A stretch of 64,000 nt of DNA from an uncultured Christensenellaceae bacterium. GTDB lineage: Bacteria > Bacillota > Clostridia > Christensenellales > UBA3700. The translations under genes were made by a program, and so were the position numbers. Shown piece after piece: positions 9,704 to 19,891 of the stretch. The stretch spans positions 18,490-82,489 of the forward strand of contig CALWHJ010000006.1 in NCBI GenBank assembly GCA_944380355.1, written 5' to 3'. Below the pieces are notes generated by a model that made no database searches, was not told where the DNA came from, and saw only the letters and a list, made by a program, of their open reading frames with translations. Each line of letters begins with the position of its first letter. The stretch's first letter is position 1.

Positions 9704-10990
9704 TTATTTGTTTATGCTGTCGAGCGCTTGTTTTACGTCGGCTATCAAATCGTCGATATTCTCTATGCCGACGGAAAGACGGATAAGCTCGGGGGATACT
9801 CCCGCAGCCTTAAGCTCGTCGTCGTTCATCTGTCTGTGCGTTGCGCTCGCAGGGTGCAGACAACAGCTTCTTGCGTCCGCTACGTGCGTTTCGATTGCTA
9901 TTACCTTGAGATGCTTCATCACTTCTTCAGCGGCTTTTCTTCCGCCCTTGACGCCGAAACTCAATACTCCGCACGAGCCGTTTTTGAGATACTTCTGTCC
10001 CAAATCATAGCACTTGTCGCCTTTGAGTCCGCAGTAGGTTACCCACGCGACGTTGGGATGCTCGGACAAAAATTCCGCCATCTTCTGAGCATTCTCGCAA
10101 TGTCTTTTCATTCTTACCGCAAGGCTTTCGAGTCCGAGGTTGAGAATAAAAGCGTTCTGAGGAGACTGTATCGAACCGAAGTCTCTCATGAGTTGCGCCG
10201 TCGCTTTTGTGATGAACGCGCCGCCCTTGCCAAACTTCTCCGCATACACGATACCGTGATAGCTATCGTCGGGAGTGCAAAGTCCGGGGAACATGTCCGC
10301 GTGCGCCATCCAGTCAAAGTTGCCCGCGTCTACGATTGCGCCGCCTACGCCCGCACCGTGTCCGTCCATATACTTCGTCGTCGAGTGCGTAACGATATCC
10401 GCACCCCACTCGATAGGTCTGCAATTGATAGGCGTAGCAAAGGTGTTGTCCACGATAAGAGGTACGCCATGCTTATGCGCCGCTTTTGCAAATCTTTCGA
10501 TATCGAATACGATTACCGCGGGATTTGCTATCGTCTCGCCGAATACCGCTTTGGTGTTGGGCTTGAATGCCTTCTCGAGCTCCTCGTCCGTACAATCGGG
10601 CTTTACGAAAGTAAAGTCAACGCCCATCTTTTTCATCGTTACGGCAAAGAGGTTGTATGTGCCGCCGTAAATCGTCGAGCTTGCCACAATGTGGTCACCG
10701 CAAGTAGCGATATTGAATACGGCATAGAAGTTTGCCGCCTGTCCCGAAGAAGTAAGCATTGCCGCACTGCCTCCTTCGAGTTCGCATATCTTCTTGGCTA
10801 CGTAATCGTTGGTAGGGTTTTGAAGTCTGGTATAAAAATATCCCGCTTCTTCCAAATCGAACAGCTTTGCCATATGCTCGCTGGTATCGTATTTGAAAGT
10901 AGTGCTCTGTATTATAGGTATTTGTCTGGGTTCGCCGTTGCCGGGGGTATATCCGCCCTGCACGCAAATCGTCTCGATTTTCTTGTTCAT
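9704..10990 (-). CDS. metY: O-acetylhomoserine aminocarboxypropyltransferase/cysteine synthase
   Basis: YTRLQNPT, SSGQAA, VDNTFATP, HSTTKY (PLP lysine), HPASATH and IRLSVGIE motifs. Start taken at MNKKIET after an AAGGAG RBS. Confidence 0.93.
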   Translation of the reverse strand: MNKKIETICVQGGYTPGNGEPRQIPIIQSTTFKYDTSEHMAKLFDLEEAGYFYTRLQNPTNDYVAKKICELEGGSAAMLTSSGQAANFYAVFNIATCGDHIVASSTIYGGTYNLFAVTMKKMGVDFTFVKPDCTDEELEKAFKPNTKAVFGETIANPAVIVFDIERFAKAAHKHGVPLIVDNTFATPINCRPIEWGADIVTHSTTKYMDGHGAGVGGAIVDAGNFDWMAHADMFPGLCTPDDSYHGIVYAEKFGKGGAFITKATAQLMRDFGSIQSPQNAFILNLGLESLAVRMKRHCENAQKMAEFLSEHPNVAWVTYCGLKGDKCYDLGQKYLKNGSCGVLSFGVKGGRKAAEEVMKHLKVIAIETHVADARSCCLHPASATHRQMNDDELKAAGVSPELIRLSVGIENIDDLIADVKQALDSINK

Positions 10991-11031
10991 TTTATCGTCT
11001 CCTTTTATTCTTATGGATACCGCGATTGCGG

Positions 11032-11490
11032 TCAATTGTTGTACTGTTTCATTGTGCGCTCTATAGTGCGCTTTGCCTCTTTGTCGGCTATGCTCTTGCG
11101 CTTATCGTGAAGCTCCTTACCCTTTGCCAAAGCTATCTCGACTTTTACAAGACCTTGTTTGAAATACATCTTGGTAGGCACTATCGTGTATGACTTCTGC
11201 GTAACCGCGCCTCTCAATTTGTCAATCTCTCTCTTGTGAAGCAAGAGTTTTCTCGAACGCTTTGCGTCTACATTGAAGTAGCTTCCCTTGTCGTAAGGCT
11301 TGATATGTGCGTTCATAAGCCACACTTCGTTGTCCTTTACCACGCAGAAAGAATCCTTGAGATTGACGTGTCCTTGGCGTACGGACTTGACCTCGCAACC
11401 GACTAAAGCAATGCCCGCCTCATAGGTGTCTTCTATGAAGTAATCGAAGTAGGCTTTTTTGTTGTTGTCGATAATCTTAATTCCGTCCAT
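11032..11490 (-). CDS. smpB: SsrA-binding protein SmpB
   Basis: [31 protein letters not shown] and GKELHDKR motifs. Confidence 0.97.
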   Translation of the reverse strand: MDGIKIIDNNKKAYFDYFIEDTYEAGIALVGCEVKSVRQGHVNLKDSFCVVKDNEVWLMNAHIKPYDKGSYFNVDAKRSRKLLLHKREIDKLRGAVTQKSYTIVPTKMYFKQGLVKVEIALAKGKELHDKRKSIADKEAKRTIERTMKQYNN

Positions 11491-11534
11491 ACTTCTATAT
11501 TATATCATATTTTTTCCATTTGTACACTATCTTA

Positions 11535-11662
11535 GCGACGTTGTATAGCACTGCGCCTTTACAAATTTCGGGAACGCTCCTCGCCGTCACGTACATCTAG
11601 TACGCTCAGGACTCGGAGCAACCGCCGAAAATTTGCAAAATCGCGGTACTCTCCAACGTCGC
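11535..11662 (-). repeat. Type-A ~125-bp hairpin element, copy 1
   Basis: Outer stem GCGACGTTG/CAACGTCGC, TATAG...CTCTC motif and central GTCACGTAC-N4-GTACGCTC; closely similar to 54281-54403. Confidence 0.85.
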
Positions 11663-11736
11663 GATTTATAAATTATTATTAACTCCGTGCGACCGCGTAC
11701 AAAAGGAAAAGATGCGCTGTTATATTTCCCGCTTCG

Positions 11737-11865
11737 TGTGAGCGCGGAGAGTGGTGCAGAGTTGCGATTTTGAAGAGAGTTCGCGAGCGGAGCGTACTTG
11801 TCGTACGTGACCGAGCGCAACTACTCGCGCAAAATCGCTAATATGTGCCGCTATACGCGCTCACA
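11737..11865 (+). repeat. Type-A hairpin element, copy 2
   Basis: Outer stem TGTGAGCGCG/CGCGCTCACA, GAGAGTGG...CCGCTATA and central GGAGCGTAC-N4-GTACGTGACCGAGC; matches the 30498 and 47930 copies. Confidence 0.88.
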
Positions 11866-11901
11866 AAAAAAGGCTCTTTGACCGAAAGTCAAAGAGCCTT
11901 T
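11865..11901 (-). terminator. Intrinsic terminator after secG
   Basis: A7-GGCTCTTTGAC-CGAAA-GTCAAAGAGCC. Confidence 0.8.
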
Positions 11902-11916
11902 AGAACTTTTCGCTTT

Positions 11917-12213
11917 TTACGCCTGCAAGAACGTGATGAAGAAGAAAATTGCCAACACTGCCATAAGTACTGCGCCTGTGATTGTAAGTTTCTTCAGGAT
12001 ACTTTCTTTGGACCTTGCTTTGTTCTGTCTGGAATAAGAATCCATCTCCTGACCACCGATTACACCGATATTGTCGTTCTGAGGCTTTTGCATCATAATT
12101 ACGACAATAGTAGCTATTCCTATCAAGAGCATCAATACCATCAAGACAGGTCTAAGCCATCTGTATACGTATTCGGGGAATATGGAAGCTCCCAACAAAT
12201 ATACGAAATCCAT
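11917..12213 (-). CDS. secG: Preprotein translocase subunit SecG
   Basis: Two TM helices with IMMQKP...IGVIGG...S...KESILKKLT; next to smpB as is usual in Firmicutes; GGAGG RBS before ATG 12213. Confidence 0.85.
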   Translation of the reverse strand: MDFVYLLGASIFPEYVYRWLRPVLMVLMLLIGIATIVVIMMQKPQNDNIGVIGGQEMDSYSRQNKARSKESILKKLTITGAVLMAVLAIFFFITFLQA

Positions 12214-12424
12214 CAAAACAGTCCTCCGTTTTAATATTGCCATAATATGTTAGCATAACTTTTCAAAAATTACAACAATTTTTCGATAAAATTTAAAATT
12301 AGTAATTTTTTATGGCTTTTATACAAGATATTGTGTTTTTTGCCCGATTTTTATTCTGTAACCATTATCCGTATGCCTCTCATATAATGCAGTACGAAGA
12401 AAAACATACACTCAGGAGAACGTT

Positions 12425-12937
12425 ATGCCTAAAGAATATGCTATAAATCTGCCCTATCCCAAACTTACGGGAACGCTTTACCCTCAGGACATACGCTGTA
12501 TCGTTGACGACTATTCGGGACGTCAGGGCGAACTTACCGCCGTAACGCAATACATATATCAACAGTACATATCGCACTCTTTCGACGAGGCACTCGCCGA
12601 GGAGCTCTTGGGCATCGCAATCGTCGAAATACACCATCACGAATTACTCGGCGAGGCAATCGCGCAAATGGGCGGTGACCCTATTATGGGCGGGTCGACG
12701 TGTTTTTGGTCGGGCTCAAACGTCAACTACACCAAAAACCCCGTAACTTTTTTGCGCAACAATATTCAGGCGGAATATCAGGCAATAGCAAATTACCGCC
12801 GCTCGATTGCGTGCGTACGCAACGAGTCGCTCAAGGAACTGCTTGCCAGAATAATTATGGACGAGGAACTTCACATAAGAATTTTTTCGGAGATACTCGA
12901 GAGGCTTACGGGACAGATTCAGACAGATAAAAACTGA
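12425..12937 (+). CDS. Manganese catalase/ferritin-like family protein (CotJC-like)
   Basis: GELTAVTQYIYQ, IAIVEIHHHELLG, NIQAE and IIMDEELH di-metal motifs. Confidence 0.8.
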   Translation: MPKEYAINLPYPKLTGTLYPQDIRCIVDDYSGRQGELTAVTQYIYQQYISHSFDEALAEELLGIAIVEIHHHELLGEAIAQMGGDPIMGGSTCFWSGSNVNYTKNPVTFLRNNIQAEYQAIANYRRSIACVRNESLKELLARIIMDEELHIRIFSEILERLTGQIQTDKN

Positions 12938-12941
12938 CGTC

Positions 12942-12975
12942 GAAAGACGCTTGCGGGATTTTCGCAAGCGTCTTC
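12942..12975. terminator. Hairpin/terminator after the Mn-catalase-like gene
   Basis: AAGACGCTTGCG/CGCAAGCGTCTT stem. Confidence 0.6.
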
Positions 12976-12997
12976 TAAGCAGGCGGATAAAAGTAAA

Positions 12998-13026
12998 TTG
13001 ACTAACGAACGTTTTTGCTTTATAAT
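12998..13026 (+). promoter_or_regulatory. Sigma-A promoter of the response regulator
   Basis: TTGACT-17 bp-TATAAT. Confidence 0.7.
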
Positions 13027-13056
13027 GTCCTTGACGACATAAAGAGGTAAAAGCGT

Positions 13057-13725
13057 ATGAACAGAAAACGTATTCTCATAGTAGACGACGATATCCATAT
13101 AGGCAATATGCTCGAGGAGTTACTGCGCAAACAAGGATACGACGTACTGCGCGCATACTCGGGTACAGAAGCAATACTCGTACTCAAAAATTCTTCGCCC
13201 GATTTGGTACTGCTCGACCTTATGTTGCCCGGCCTTAACGGAGAAGACGTGCTACCCTTGATTAAAGACATTCCCGTAATAGTAGTCAGCGCGAAAACGG
13301 GTACGGAAAACAAAGTCGATTTGCTTATGCAAGGCGCGGCGGACTACGTAACCAAGCCTTTCGATACACAAGAACTTCTGGCAAGAATACACGTGCAATT
13401 GAGAAAAGATACGCAAAAAACCGATACTCTCTCTTACGGCGAAATAACTCTGGACAAGCTCTCCCGCTCGGTAAAAGCCAATGACCAACCCGTCAAACTT
13501 ACAAAGACGGAGTATGCGATTTTATTCACTCTTATGCACTATCCCAAAAAGGTTTTTTCAAAGGACGATATTCTGCTGCAAATAGCAGATTTAACGCTCG
13601 ACTGCGACGAAAACTCTTTGCGCACGCATATAGGCAATCTTCGCAACAAATTGCGCGCCGCTACGGGCAAGGACTATATCGAAGCGGTATGGGGCATAGG
13701 CTATAAGCTTGCCAAAGTCGAATAA
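13057..13725 (+). CDS. OmpR/PhoB-family response regulator
   Basis: ILIVDDD, LLDLMLP, GAADYVTKPF and winged-helix C-terminus VWGIGYK. Confidence 0.95.
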   Translation: MNRKRILIVDDDIHIGNMLEELLRKQGYDVLRAYSGTEAILVLKNSSPDLVLLDLMLPGLNGEDVLPLIKDIPVIVVSAKTGTENKVDLLMQGAADYVTKPFDTQELLARIHVQLRKDTQKTDTLSYGEITLDKLSRSVKANDQPVKLTKTEYAILFTLMHYPKKVFSKDDILLQIADLTLDCDENSLRTHIGNLRNKLRAATGKDYIEAVWGIGYKLAKVE

Positions 13726-13878
13726 ATATATCATTTTATCCGATAAATAAATATATAAGGCTATACGGCATAAAACTATAAGGCGCTAAACCTCGGCAAG
13801 GTTGAAACTTACGTTTGAAAATGGTTTCGGATACGGCTAGGCGGGCAATTGTAAAACCGGTCATTAGAAAGCGGCAAC

Positions 13879-13920
13879 AATCTTGCTCGAATCTTGATAC
13901 TTTTCTTTTCAGTTCCTTGA
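13879..13920 (+). promoter_or_regulatory. Putative OmpR-type direct-repeat operator upstream of the ABC transporter
   Basis: AATCTTG at 13879 and 13890 (11-bp period), plus a degenerate CCTTGA at about 13915. Confidence 0.55.
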
Positions 13921-13965
13921 TTTGAATAGTATAAACTGAAAGTATCAAATCAAAGGAGCTTTTCT

Positions 13966-14877
13966 ATGGAAAATTGTCTTACAACTCACAATCTTACAAA
14001 ACGCTATCGCAAATTCACGGCGCTAGACAACGTTTCGCTGCAAGTAAAGCGAGGTGCAATATACGGCTTGGTAGGCAGAAACGGCGCAGGCAAAACCACG
14101 ATAATCAGAGTGGTGACAGGTCTGCAAGAACCTACCGAAGGCGAATATACGCTATTTGACGTAAATCACAGCGACGGCAAAGCACTTGCCCGCATACGAA
14201 GACGTATCGGCGCAATTGTCGAAACGCCTGCACTGTACAACTCAATGAGCGCAAAAGAAAATCTTTATCACCAGGCTATCTTGCTGGGGCTTCCGTCGAC
14301 AAGCAAAATCGACGAACTTCTCAAACTTGTGGGGCTTGAAGATGCAGGGAAAAAACGAGTATCCAACTTTTCTCTCGGTATGCGCCAAAGACTGGGAATC
14401 GCACTTGCTCTGATAGGAGACCCCGACCTTATTATTCTCGACGAACCCACCAACGGACTTGACCCTCAGGGTATAGTGGAGATACGCGAACTCATACTCA
14501 AACTCAACAAGGAACACGGCGTGTCTTTTGTTATTTCGAGCCACATTCTCGGTGAACTCTCAAAACTTGCCACCGACTACGGCTTTATCGAAAAAGGCAG
14601 ACTGATATGCGAAATGACTGCCGAACAGCTCGAAGAAAAGTGCCGCAAAAAGATTATACTCAAAGTCGACGGTAAAAAGTCTCTCTCGTCGGTATTGGAC
14701 AAAGCAAAACTCGAATACAAAATGCTTTCTCCCGACGAATGCGAGATATACGGACCAACAGACATACAAGCGGTGCTGACTCTGTTGACAGACTCCAAAC
14801 TTTCAGTAGTGCACATCAATGAGTGCGACGAGGATTTGGAAACCTTTTTCCTCAACCTCATAGGTACGAAACAATGA
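13966..14877 (+). CDS. ABC transporter ATP-binding protein (BcrA/LanF-like peptide-antibiotic resistance type)
   Basis: GRNGAGKTT, FSLGMRQRLG, ILDEPTNGLD and SSH motifs. Confidence 0.92.
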   Translation: MENCLTTHNLTKRYRKFTALDNVSLQVKRGAIYGLVGRNGAGKTTIIRVVTGLQEPTEGEYTLFDVNHSDGKALARIRRRIGAIVETPALYNSMSAKENLYHQAILLGLPSTSKIDELLKLVGLEDAGKKRVSNFSLGMRQRLGIALALIGDPDLIILDEPTNGLDPQGIVEIRELILKLNKEHGVSFVISSHILGELSKLATDYGFIEKGRLICEMTAEQLEEKCRKKIILKVDGKKSLSSVLDKAKLEYKMLSPDECEIYGPTDIQAVLTLLTDSKLSVVHINECDEDLETFFLNLIGTKQ

Positions 14878-15719
14878 TAAGGCTGATAAGAAGCAACTTG
14901 TTGCGTGCTTACCGAAACTTGATTGTTTGGGTATCAGTTGTTTTGCAATTCTGCATCACTTTTTTCTATACGCTAATTTACAAGTTAACAAATCCGCTCT
15001 ATTCCACGGCGGACTCTGCGTTTTTTACAGGTTTTACGCTGCTTGTATTCCCCTTTACGGGCATGATAACAATCTTCGCTTGCATAACGGTCCTTGCTGC
15101 CGACTTCGACAACAGAGCGATTGTATTAAAACTGCAAGCCGGATTTTCCAAATACGAAATATATCTGGCGGGATTTTTGTCGTCAATCATAATAGGTCTT
15201 ACTCTGTATGCAACGCATCTCGTTACGTACTGCGTAATCTCCATTCCGGTACTAGGCAAGCCGACGATGCCGACAGAGTATCTTACGGCGGTACTCGCTA
15301 TATCGCTGTTATCGGAACTAGTGTATGCGGCGCTGTCCGTCTTTTCTGTGAGCGTATGCAGAAAAACGGTTAATTCGCTTTGCGTTGCGCTCGGCGTATT
15401 GTTGTTTACAACCATTATGATGTTTTTTAGCGAACAATTACCCGAGTACGCATACATGCTTTACGATTGCGTCCACGCTTATACTCCCGGACAAACCGAA
15501 GATATAGTCGATTCGATGTACGGATATATGCATTGGATAAATTTCAAAAACACCGCTAAAAGCGAATTTTTTTACAACTTCTTTATTGCGGGCAACGCAA
15601 GTAAAATCTTCTATCGTTCCCCGCTCAACCTGTGGCAGATTATACCTTTTGCCATAGCGAAAATAACTTTCCTTTTCGGCACCGGATTTATCGTAGCCGG
15701 CAGAAAGGATATCAAGTAA
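14874..15719 (+). CDS. ABC transporter permease
   Basis: About 6 TM helices; ATGA overlap with the ATPase stop; start taken at MIRLIRSN. Confidence 0.8.
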   Translation: MIRLIRSNLLRAYRNLIVWVSVVLQFCITFFYTLIYKLTNPLYSTADSAFFTGFTLLVFPFTGMITIFACITVLAADFDNRAIVLKLQAGFSKYEIYLAGFLSSIIIGLTLYATHLVTYCVISIPVLGKPTMPTEYLTAVLAISLLSELVYAALSVFSVSVCRKTVNSLCVALGVLLFTTIMMFFSEQLPEYAYMLYDCVHAYTPGQTEDIVDSMYGYMHWINFKNTAKSEFFYNFFIAGNASKIFYRSPLNLWQIIPFAIAKITFLFGTGFIVAGRKDIK

Positions 15720-15733
15720 TAGTGAGGATTAAT

Positions 15734-16591
15734 ATGTCAATATTGATAAAAGATAATTTGAAACGCCTCGTCAAAAATCCCATATTGTGGGTATATACGG
15801 CAATTGAGGCTCTGATAACGATAGTTTACACCTATCTGGTAACGCACAACATGATTCACAAAGGGTACGTCCCCAAACTCGAAACCGTAATGTTTTCGGG
15901 AATAGCATACGAGATGATTCCTGTATTGGGTTTTATGATAATTATTCTCGGTATCTCTTTTATCGGCAGCGATTACTCCGCAGGAAATATCAAAAAAAAG
16001 ATTATCGTAGGATATTCGAAAGAATCGGTATATTTAAGTAATTTTATCACTTTGCTCATAGGCGCAGCGATAATGCTTACTGCAAGACTGATTGTATTTT
16101 GTCTTGTCGCTCTGCCCTCGATACGTGAAATCGACTACCGCTCGTCATATCTTCTCGCCGCTACAACGGTCGTAGCTCTTTCAACTGTGTTTTATTGCGC
16201 TTTCGCTACGTTTTTGGTTACGGTTTGCAAAAGTGCAAAAGGCTCTTTCGTACGTTTTATTCTTTTTTATCTTTTTCTTATAATCATTTTGATTATGTTA
16301 GTCAATATGATGCCTCAAACGTACGAACCCGACTACGCAAAGTATTCGGTACTTACCGGTTTTGAAGACTACTCCAAATATACTTTGCCTACCGATGCAG
16401 CCCCCAAGCAATTGCGCGATTTGACAAAAGTGATTTACGACGCATTACCGATGATGCAATTAAGTCAAATTTCGCCCGAATCGGCATTCTCCCCTCTCTG
16501 TCTGTGGGCGATAATTCCCTTCTCGGTAGTTGAAATACTCGCCTTCTTCTTTGCGGGGTTCTTTGTAGCAAAAAAACAAAATCTCAACTAA
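15734..16591 (+). CDS. ABC transporter permease (paralog)
   Basis: About 6 TM helices and a FIGSDYSAGNIKKKIIVGYSK motif; start taken at MSILIK after GAGG. Confidence 0.82.
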   Translation: MSILIKDNLKRLVKNPILWVYTAIEALITIVYTYLVTHNMIHKGYVPKLETVMFSGIAYEMIPVLGFMIIILGISFIGSDYSAGNIKKKIIVGYSKESVYLSNFITLLIGAAIMLTARLIVFCLVALPSIREIDYRSSYLLAATTVVALSTVFYCAFATFLVTVCKSAKGSFVRFILFYLFLIIILIMLVNMMPQTYEPDYAKYSVLTGFEDYSKYTLPTDAAPKQLRDLTKVIYDALPMMQLSQISPESAFSPLCLWAIIPFSVVEILAFFFAGFFVAKKQNLN

Positions 16592-16629
16592 CTCATTGCG
16601 TACCGACATAGTACGAATAAGGAGAAAAT

Positions 16630-17538
16630 ATGTATCAGACTTTTTGTATCGTATTTGCAATACTGTTTATTTTGGCACTAGGCGCAATAGGAGCTATTGT
16701 CGTCAAAATTTTCCTGCTGAAAAAGGATATAAACAATATCAAAAGACAAACAAAAGAAATACTCAACAGCAATACGAATGCGAAAATAGTCCTCTGCGGC
16801 AGAGATAAGTCTATCCGTGAATTGGCGATTTCGCTCAACGAGAGTCTGAGCCTTATCAGACAAAAACAACTCACCTACAACAACGGAGACGCAGAATTGA
16901 AGAGTGCCATGACAAACATATCTCACGATCTGCGTACTCCGCTCACGGCGATATGCGGTTATCTCGACCTTACCGAAAAGGAAAAGAATCCCGCAAAAAT
17001 CAAAGAATATCTCGATATCGTAAAAGAACGTACGCTTACTCTCAAAACGCTTACGGACGAGTTATTCAAATACTCCGTTTCCCTCGATAAAAGTCACGGC
17101 GTTTATTTGCAGGACGTATGTCTCAATACTCTCATAAGAGAATGTCTTCTCGACCAATACGAACAATTCAATCAAAAGAATATCACGCCCGTCATTGACT
17201 TGCCGCAAAAAAATATCAATTGCGTAGCAGACAAAAAGGACCTCGCAAGAGTCTTTCAAAACATTATCGGCAATGCCCTCAAATACGGCGAAGGCGACTT
17301 CGGAGTAAAACTCTATGAAGACGGCGTTATTGATTTTTATAACACTGCGTCGGGACTCACACAGCTAGACGTCGAGAGAATGTTTGACCGCTTCTATACC
17401 GTAAAGAATTACAACTATTCTACGGGCTTGGGACTTTCGATTGCAAAAAGTCTTGTCGAGCAGTACGGCGGAAGCATATCCGCATCTCTCGAAAACGGCG
17501 TCTTTTCGATAAAGCTCAATCTGGCAAAAACACGCTAG
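16630..17538 (+). CDS. Sensor histidine kinase
   Basis: H box ISHDLRTPLT, N box NIIGNALKY, FDRFY and G box STGLGLSI. Confidence 0.93.
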   Translation: MYQTFCIVFAILFILALGAIGAIVVKIFLLKKDINNIKRQTKEILNSNTNAKIVLCGRDKSIRELAISLNESLSLIRQKQLTYNNGDAELKSAMTNISHDLRTPLTAICGYLDLTEKEKNPAKIKEYLDIVKERTLTLKTLTDELFKYSVSLDKSHGVYLQDVCLNTLIRECLLDQYEQFNQKNITPVIDLPQKNINCVADKKDLARVFQNIIGNALKYGEGDFGVKLYEDGVIDFYNTASGLTQLDVERMFDRFYTVKNYNYSTGLGLSIAKSLVEQYGGSISASLENGVFSIKLNLAKTR

Positions 17539-17651
17539 CGCATTTCCTGACGGCGCAACTCAATCCAAAGCCTCTGCTGCAAACTTTAAAATCCAAACAT
17601 TCATCCCAACGTATACACCACATCAGGCTTAAGGAATTGACGTGTTAAAGC

Positions 17652-17678
17652 AAAAGGCAGGTCGGAAAGACCTGCCTT
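17652..17678. terminator. Hairpin terminator between the convergent kinase and pgm genes
   Basis: AAAAGGCAGGTC-GGAAA-GACCTGCCTT. Confidence 0.75.
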
Positions 17679-17744
17679 ATTATTTTATTTTTCACCGTCG
17701 GACAATATCTCATTTCTTTCGATATCCCCGCTTATTCAACCGCT

Positions 17745-19487
17745 TCAAATCATATCTACGATTGCCTGCTGTAGTTTTGCGTTTTTGACCTGACTTTGCT
17801 CTTTGCTATCTGCCTTGGTGGATACGTATATCTTGAGTTTAGGCTCGGTACCGCTGGGTCTTATGCAAAGCCACTCGTCATCTCCGAATTCGTACTTGAT
17901 TACGTTGGTAGAAGGCAAATCGCTCATCTCTATTCTTCCGTCCTCGAAGTACTTGATTGTGCCGTCGGTCAAATCCAGCTTGCTTATCATAGGTATGCCC
18001 GCTACCTCGGTCAAGTCGGTATCCTTGAACTTCTTCATAATGTCCGCCATCTGCTGCATACCGTCAAGTCCCTTGAAAGCTATGCTCTTGCTGCTCTCGA
18101 CAAAGTAACCGAATTTTTTGAAAAGCTCCTCGAGCTTGTCGCAAAGTCTTACGCCCTTGTAAGTGTAATAGCATACCATCTCTGCAAAAAGCATACTTGC
18201 GACTACCGCGTCTTTATCCCTTGCGTGCGTACCCGAAAGATAGCCGTAGCTTTCCTCGTAACCGAACATAAAGGTATATTCTCCGCTCTTCTCCCATTCT
18301 TTGATTTTCTCGCCGATAAACTTAAAGCCCGTGAGTACGTCGAATACCTTTGCGCCGTAACTTCTCGCTATCTTATCCGCAAGACGCGTCGTGACGATAG
18401 TTTTGACTACCGCGCTGTTTTTGGGAAGCGTACCCTCTTCTTTGTGGCGCATAAGGATATAGTCCATCAAAAGCGCGCCTATCTGGTTGCCGTTGAGAAG
18501 AATAAATTCGCCCTTTGCGTCTTTTATCGCAACGCCCATTCTGTCGCAGTCAGGGTCGGTGCCTATGACTATATCGCTACCCAGTTTGTCTGCAAGCGCG
18601 ATACCCAGCTTAAGGGCGTCGGGCTGTTCGGGATTGGGCATAACAACCGTGGAAAACTCCGTATCGGGATTTTTCTGTTCCTCTACGACAGATACGGATA
18701 TGCCCATCTTGGCAAGCATAGTCGTAACGGGAATATATCCCGAACCGTGTATAGGAGAATATACGATTTTGATATCCTTACCCACTTGCTTTACTGCTTG
18801 GGGAGAGAGCGAAAGCTTGGATATCTCAGCATAGTACTTATCGTCAAGACTCTTGCCTATAACCGTAATATGCTCGCTGAGTTTATATCCGTCCTTACCC
18901 GCTATACCGTCGTGATTTTCGCACGCTACATCTTCCCTGTCAAGACCGAAGTAGGGGGTTTTGTCTATATATTTTACTACCTCAGCCGTTGCCTCGGGCG
19001 ACATCTGCGCGCCGTCCTCGCCGTAAACTTTGTAGCCGTTGTATTCCTTGGGATTGTGGCTGGCGGTAATCATTATACCTGCTATGCAATTGAGCTGTCT
19101 TACCGCGAAAGAACACATAGGCACGGGGCGCACGTTTTCAAACAAAGACACCTTAATGCCGTTGGCTGCCAGCACTCTCGCCGCGGTAAGGGCAAACTCG
19201 AAGGACATACGTCTTGTATCGTACGATATGACTACGCCTCTCTCCGCCTGCTTCTTGCCCAGCGCGTTGATGTAATCGGACAAACCTTTGGTCGCTCTCG
19301 CTACCGTATATTCGTTCATATTGGATATGCCCATACAAATCGTGCCTCTCATTCCTGCCGTGCCGAATGCCAAAGGCAACGTAAATCTTTCCTTTATTTC
19401 CTTGTCGTTGTCGGCTATGGACTCGAGCTCCTGAGAGTACTTTTTGTCAACCGACGCTTTCCATTGTTCGTAATTATCCTTGTACAT
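17745..19487 (-). CDS. pgm: Phosphoglucomutase/phosphomannomutase
   Basis: FGTAGMRG, TASHNP, DPDCDR, GYEESYG and RPSGTEPK motifs. Confidence 0.93.
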   Translation of the reverse strand: MYKDNYEQWKASVDKKYSQELESIADNDKEIKERFTLPLAFGTAGMRGTICMGISNMNEYTVARATKGLSDYINALGKKQAERGVVISYDTRRMSFEFALTAARVLAANGIKVSLFENVRPVPMCSFAVRQLNCIAGIMITASHNPKEYNGYKVYGEDGAQMSPEATAEVVKYIDKTPYFGLDREDVACENHDGIAGKDGYKLSEHITVIGKSLDDKYYAEISKLSLSPQAVKQVGKDIKIVYSPIHGSGYIPVTTMLAKMGISVSVVEEQKNPDTEFSTVVMPNPEQPDALKLGIALADKLGSDIVIGTDPDCDRMGVAIKDAKGEFILLNGNQIGALLMDYILMRHKEEGTLPKNSAVVKTIVTTRLADKIARSYGAKVFDVLTGFKFIGEKIKEWEKSGEYTFMFGYEESYGYLSGTHARDKDAVVASMLFAEMVCYYTYKGVRLCDKLEELFKKFGYFVESSKSIAFKGLDGMQQMADIMKKFKDTDLTEVAGIPMISKLDLTDGTIKYFEDGRIEMSDLPSTNVIKYEFGDDEWLCIRPSGTEPKLKIYVSTKADSKEQSQVKNAKLQQAIVDMI

Positions 19488-19610
19488 ATTCACCTCTTTG
19501 CCCCTTTTGGAGCATTAACAGTATATCATTATAAATAAGTTTTTTCAATATTTTATCATATAATTGTGCATACTCGACACGATTTATCAAATACTGCTCA
19601 AATTTGATTA

Positions 19611-19639
19611 TTGACAATATAATCAAAAAGTTGTATAAT
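19611..19639 (+). promoter_or_regulatory. Consensus sigma-A promoter
   Basis: TTGACA-17 bp-TATAAT exact. Confidence 0.8.
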
Positions 19640-19672
19640 CTAAGCAAACCAAACAAAAAAGGGGGGAACTAT

Positions 19673-19891
19673 ATGGCTAAATCTAAAAAACTCGGCGGAA
19701 GCTGGATTCTCTGGTTAATTCTTCAAATCTTCTTCGGCGCAATTACGGGTTTTGTCGCACGTCTCATCAAGGGACATATCCTTTCGGGTATTCTCTATCT
19801 GCTGACGGGCGGTTTCTTCGCTATAGGCTGGATTGTGGACATCATATCCTTGCTTGTACATCACGATTACGTATGGCTGTGGTCTAAATAA
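19673..19891 (+). CDS. Small TM2-domain-like membrane protein (72 aa)
   Basis: GHILSGILYLLTGGFFAIGWIVDII matches the TM2 pattern; GGGGGG RBS; own promoter and terminator. Confidence 0.75.
   Translation: MAKSKKLGGSWILWLILQIFFGAITGFVARLIKGHILSGILYLLTGGFFAIGWIVDIISLLVHHDYVWLWSK

Noticed and set aside
11535-11865. Structured region next to smpB considered as tmRNA (ssrA)
   Set aside because: There is no GGGG 5' end, T-arm/CCA 3' end or tag reading frame. It consists of two type-A repeats found elsewhere in the window.
17796-19538. 580-aa + strand ORF, and similar long antisense ORFs at 9728, 21971, 35301, 43903, 52764, 55732 and 61701
   Set aside because: Each lies wholly opposite a well-supported gene and is explained by codon bias.
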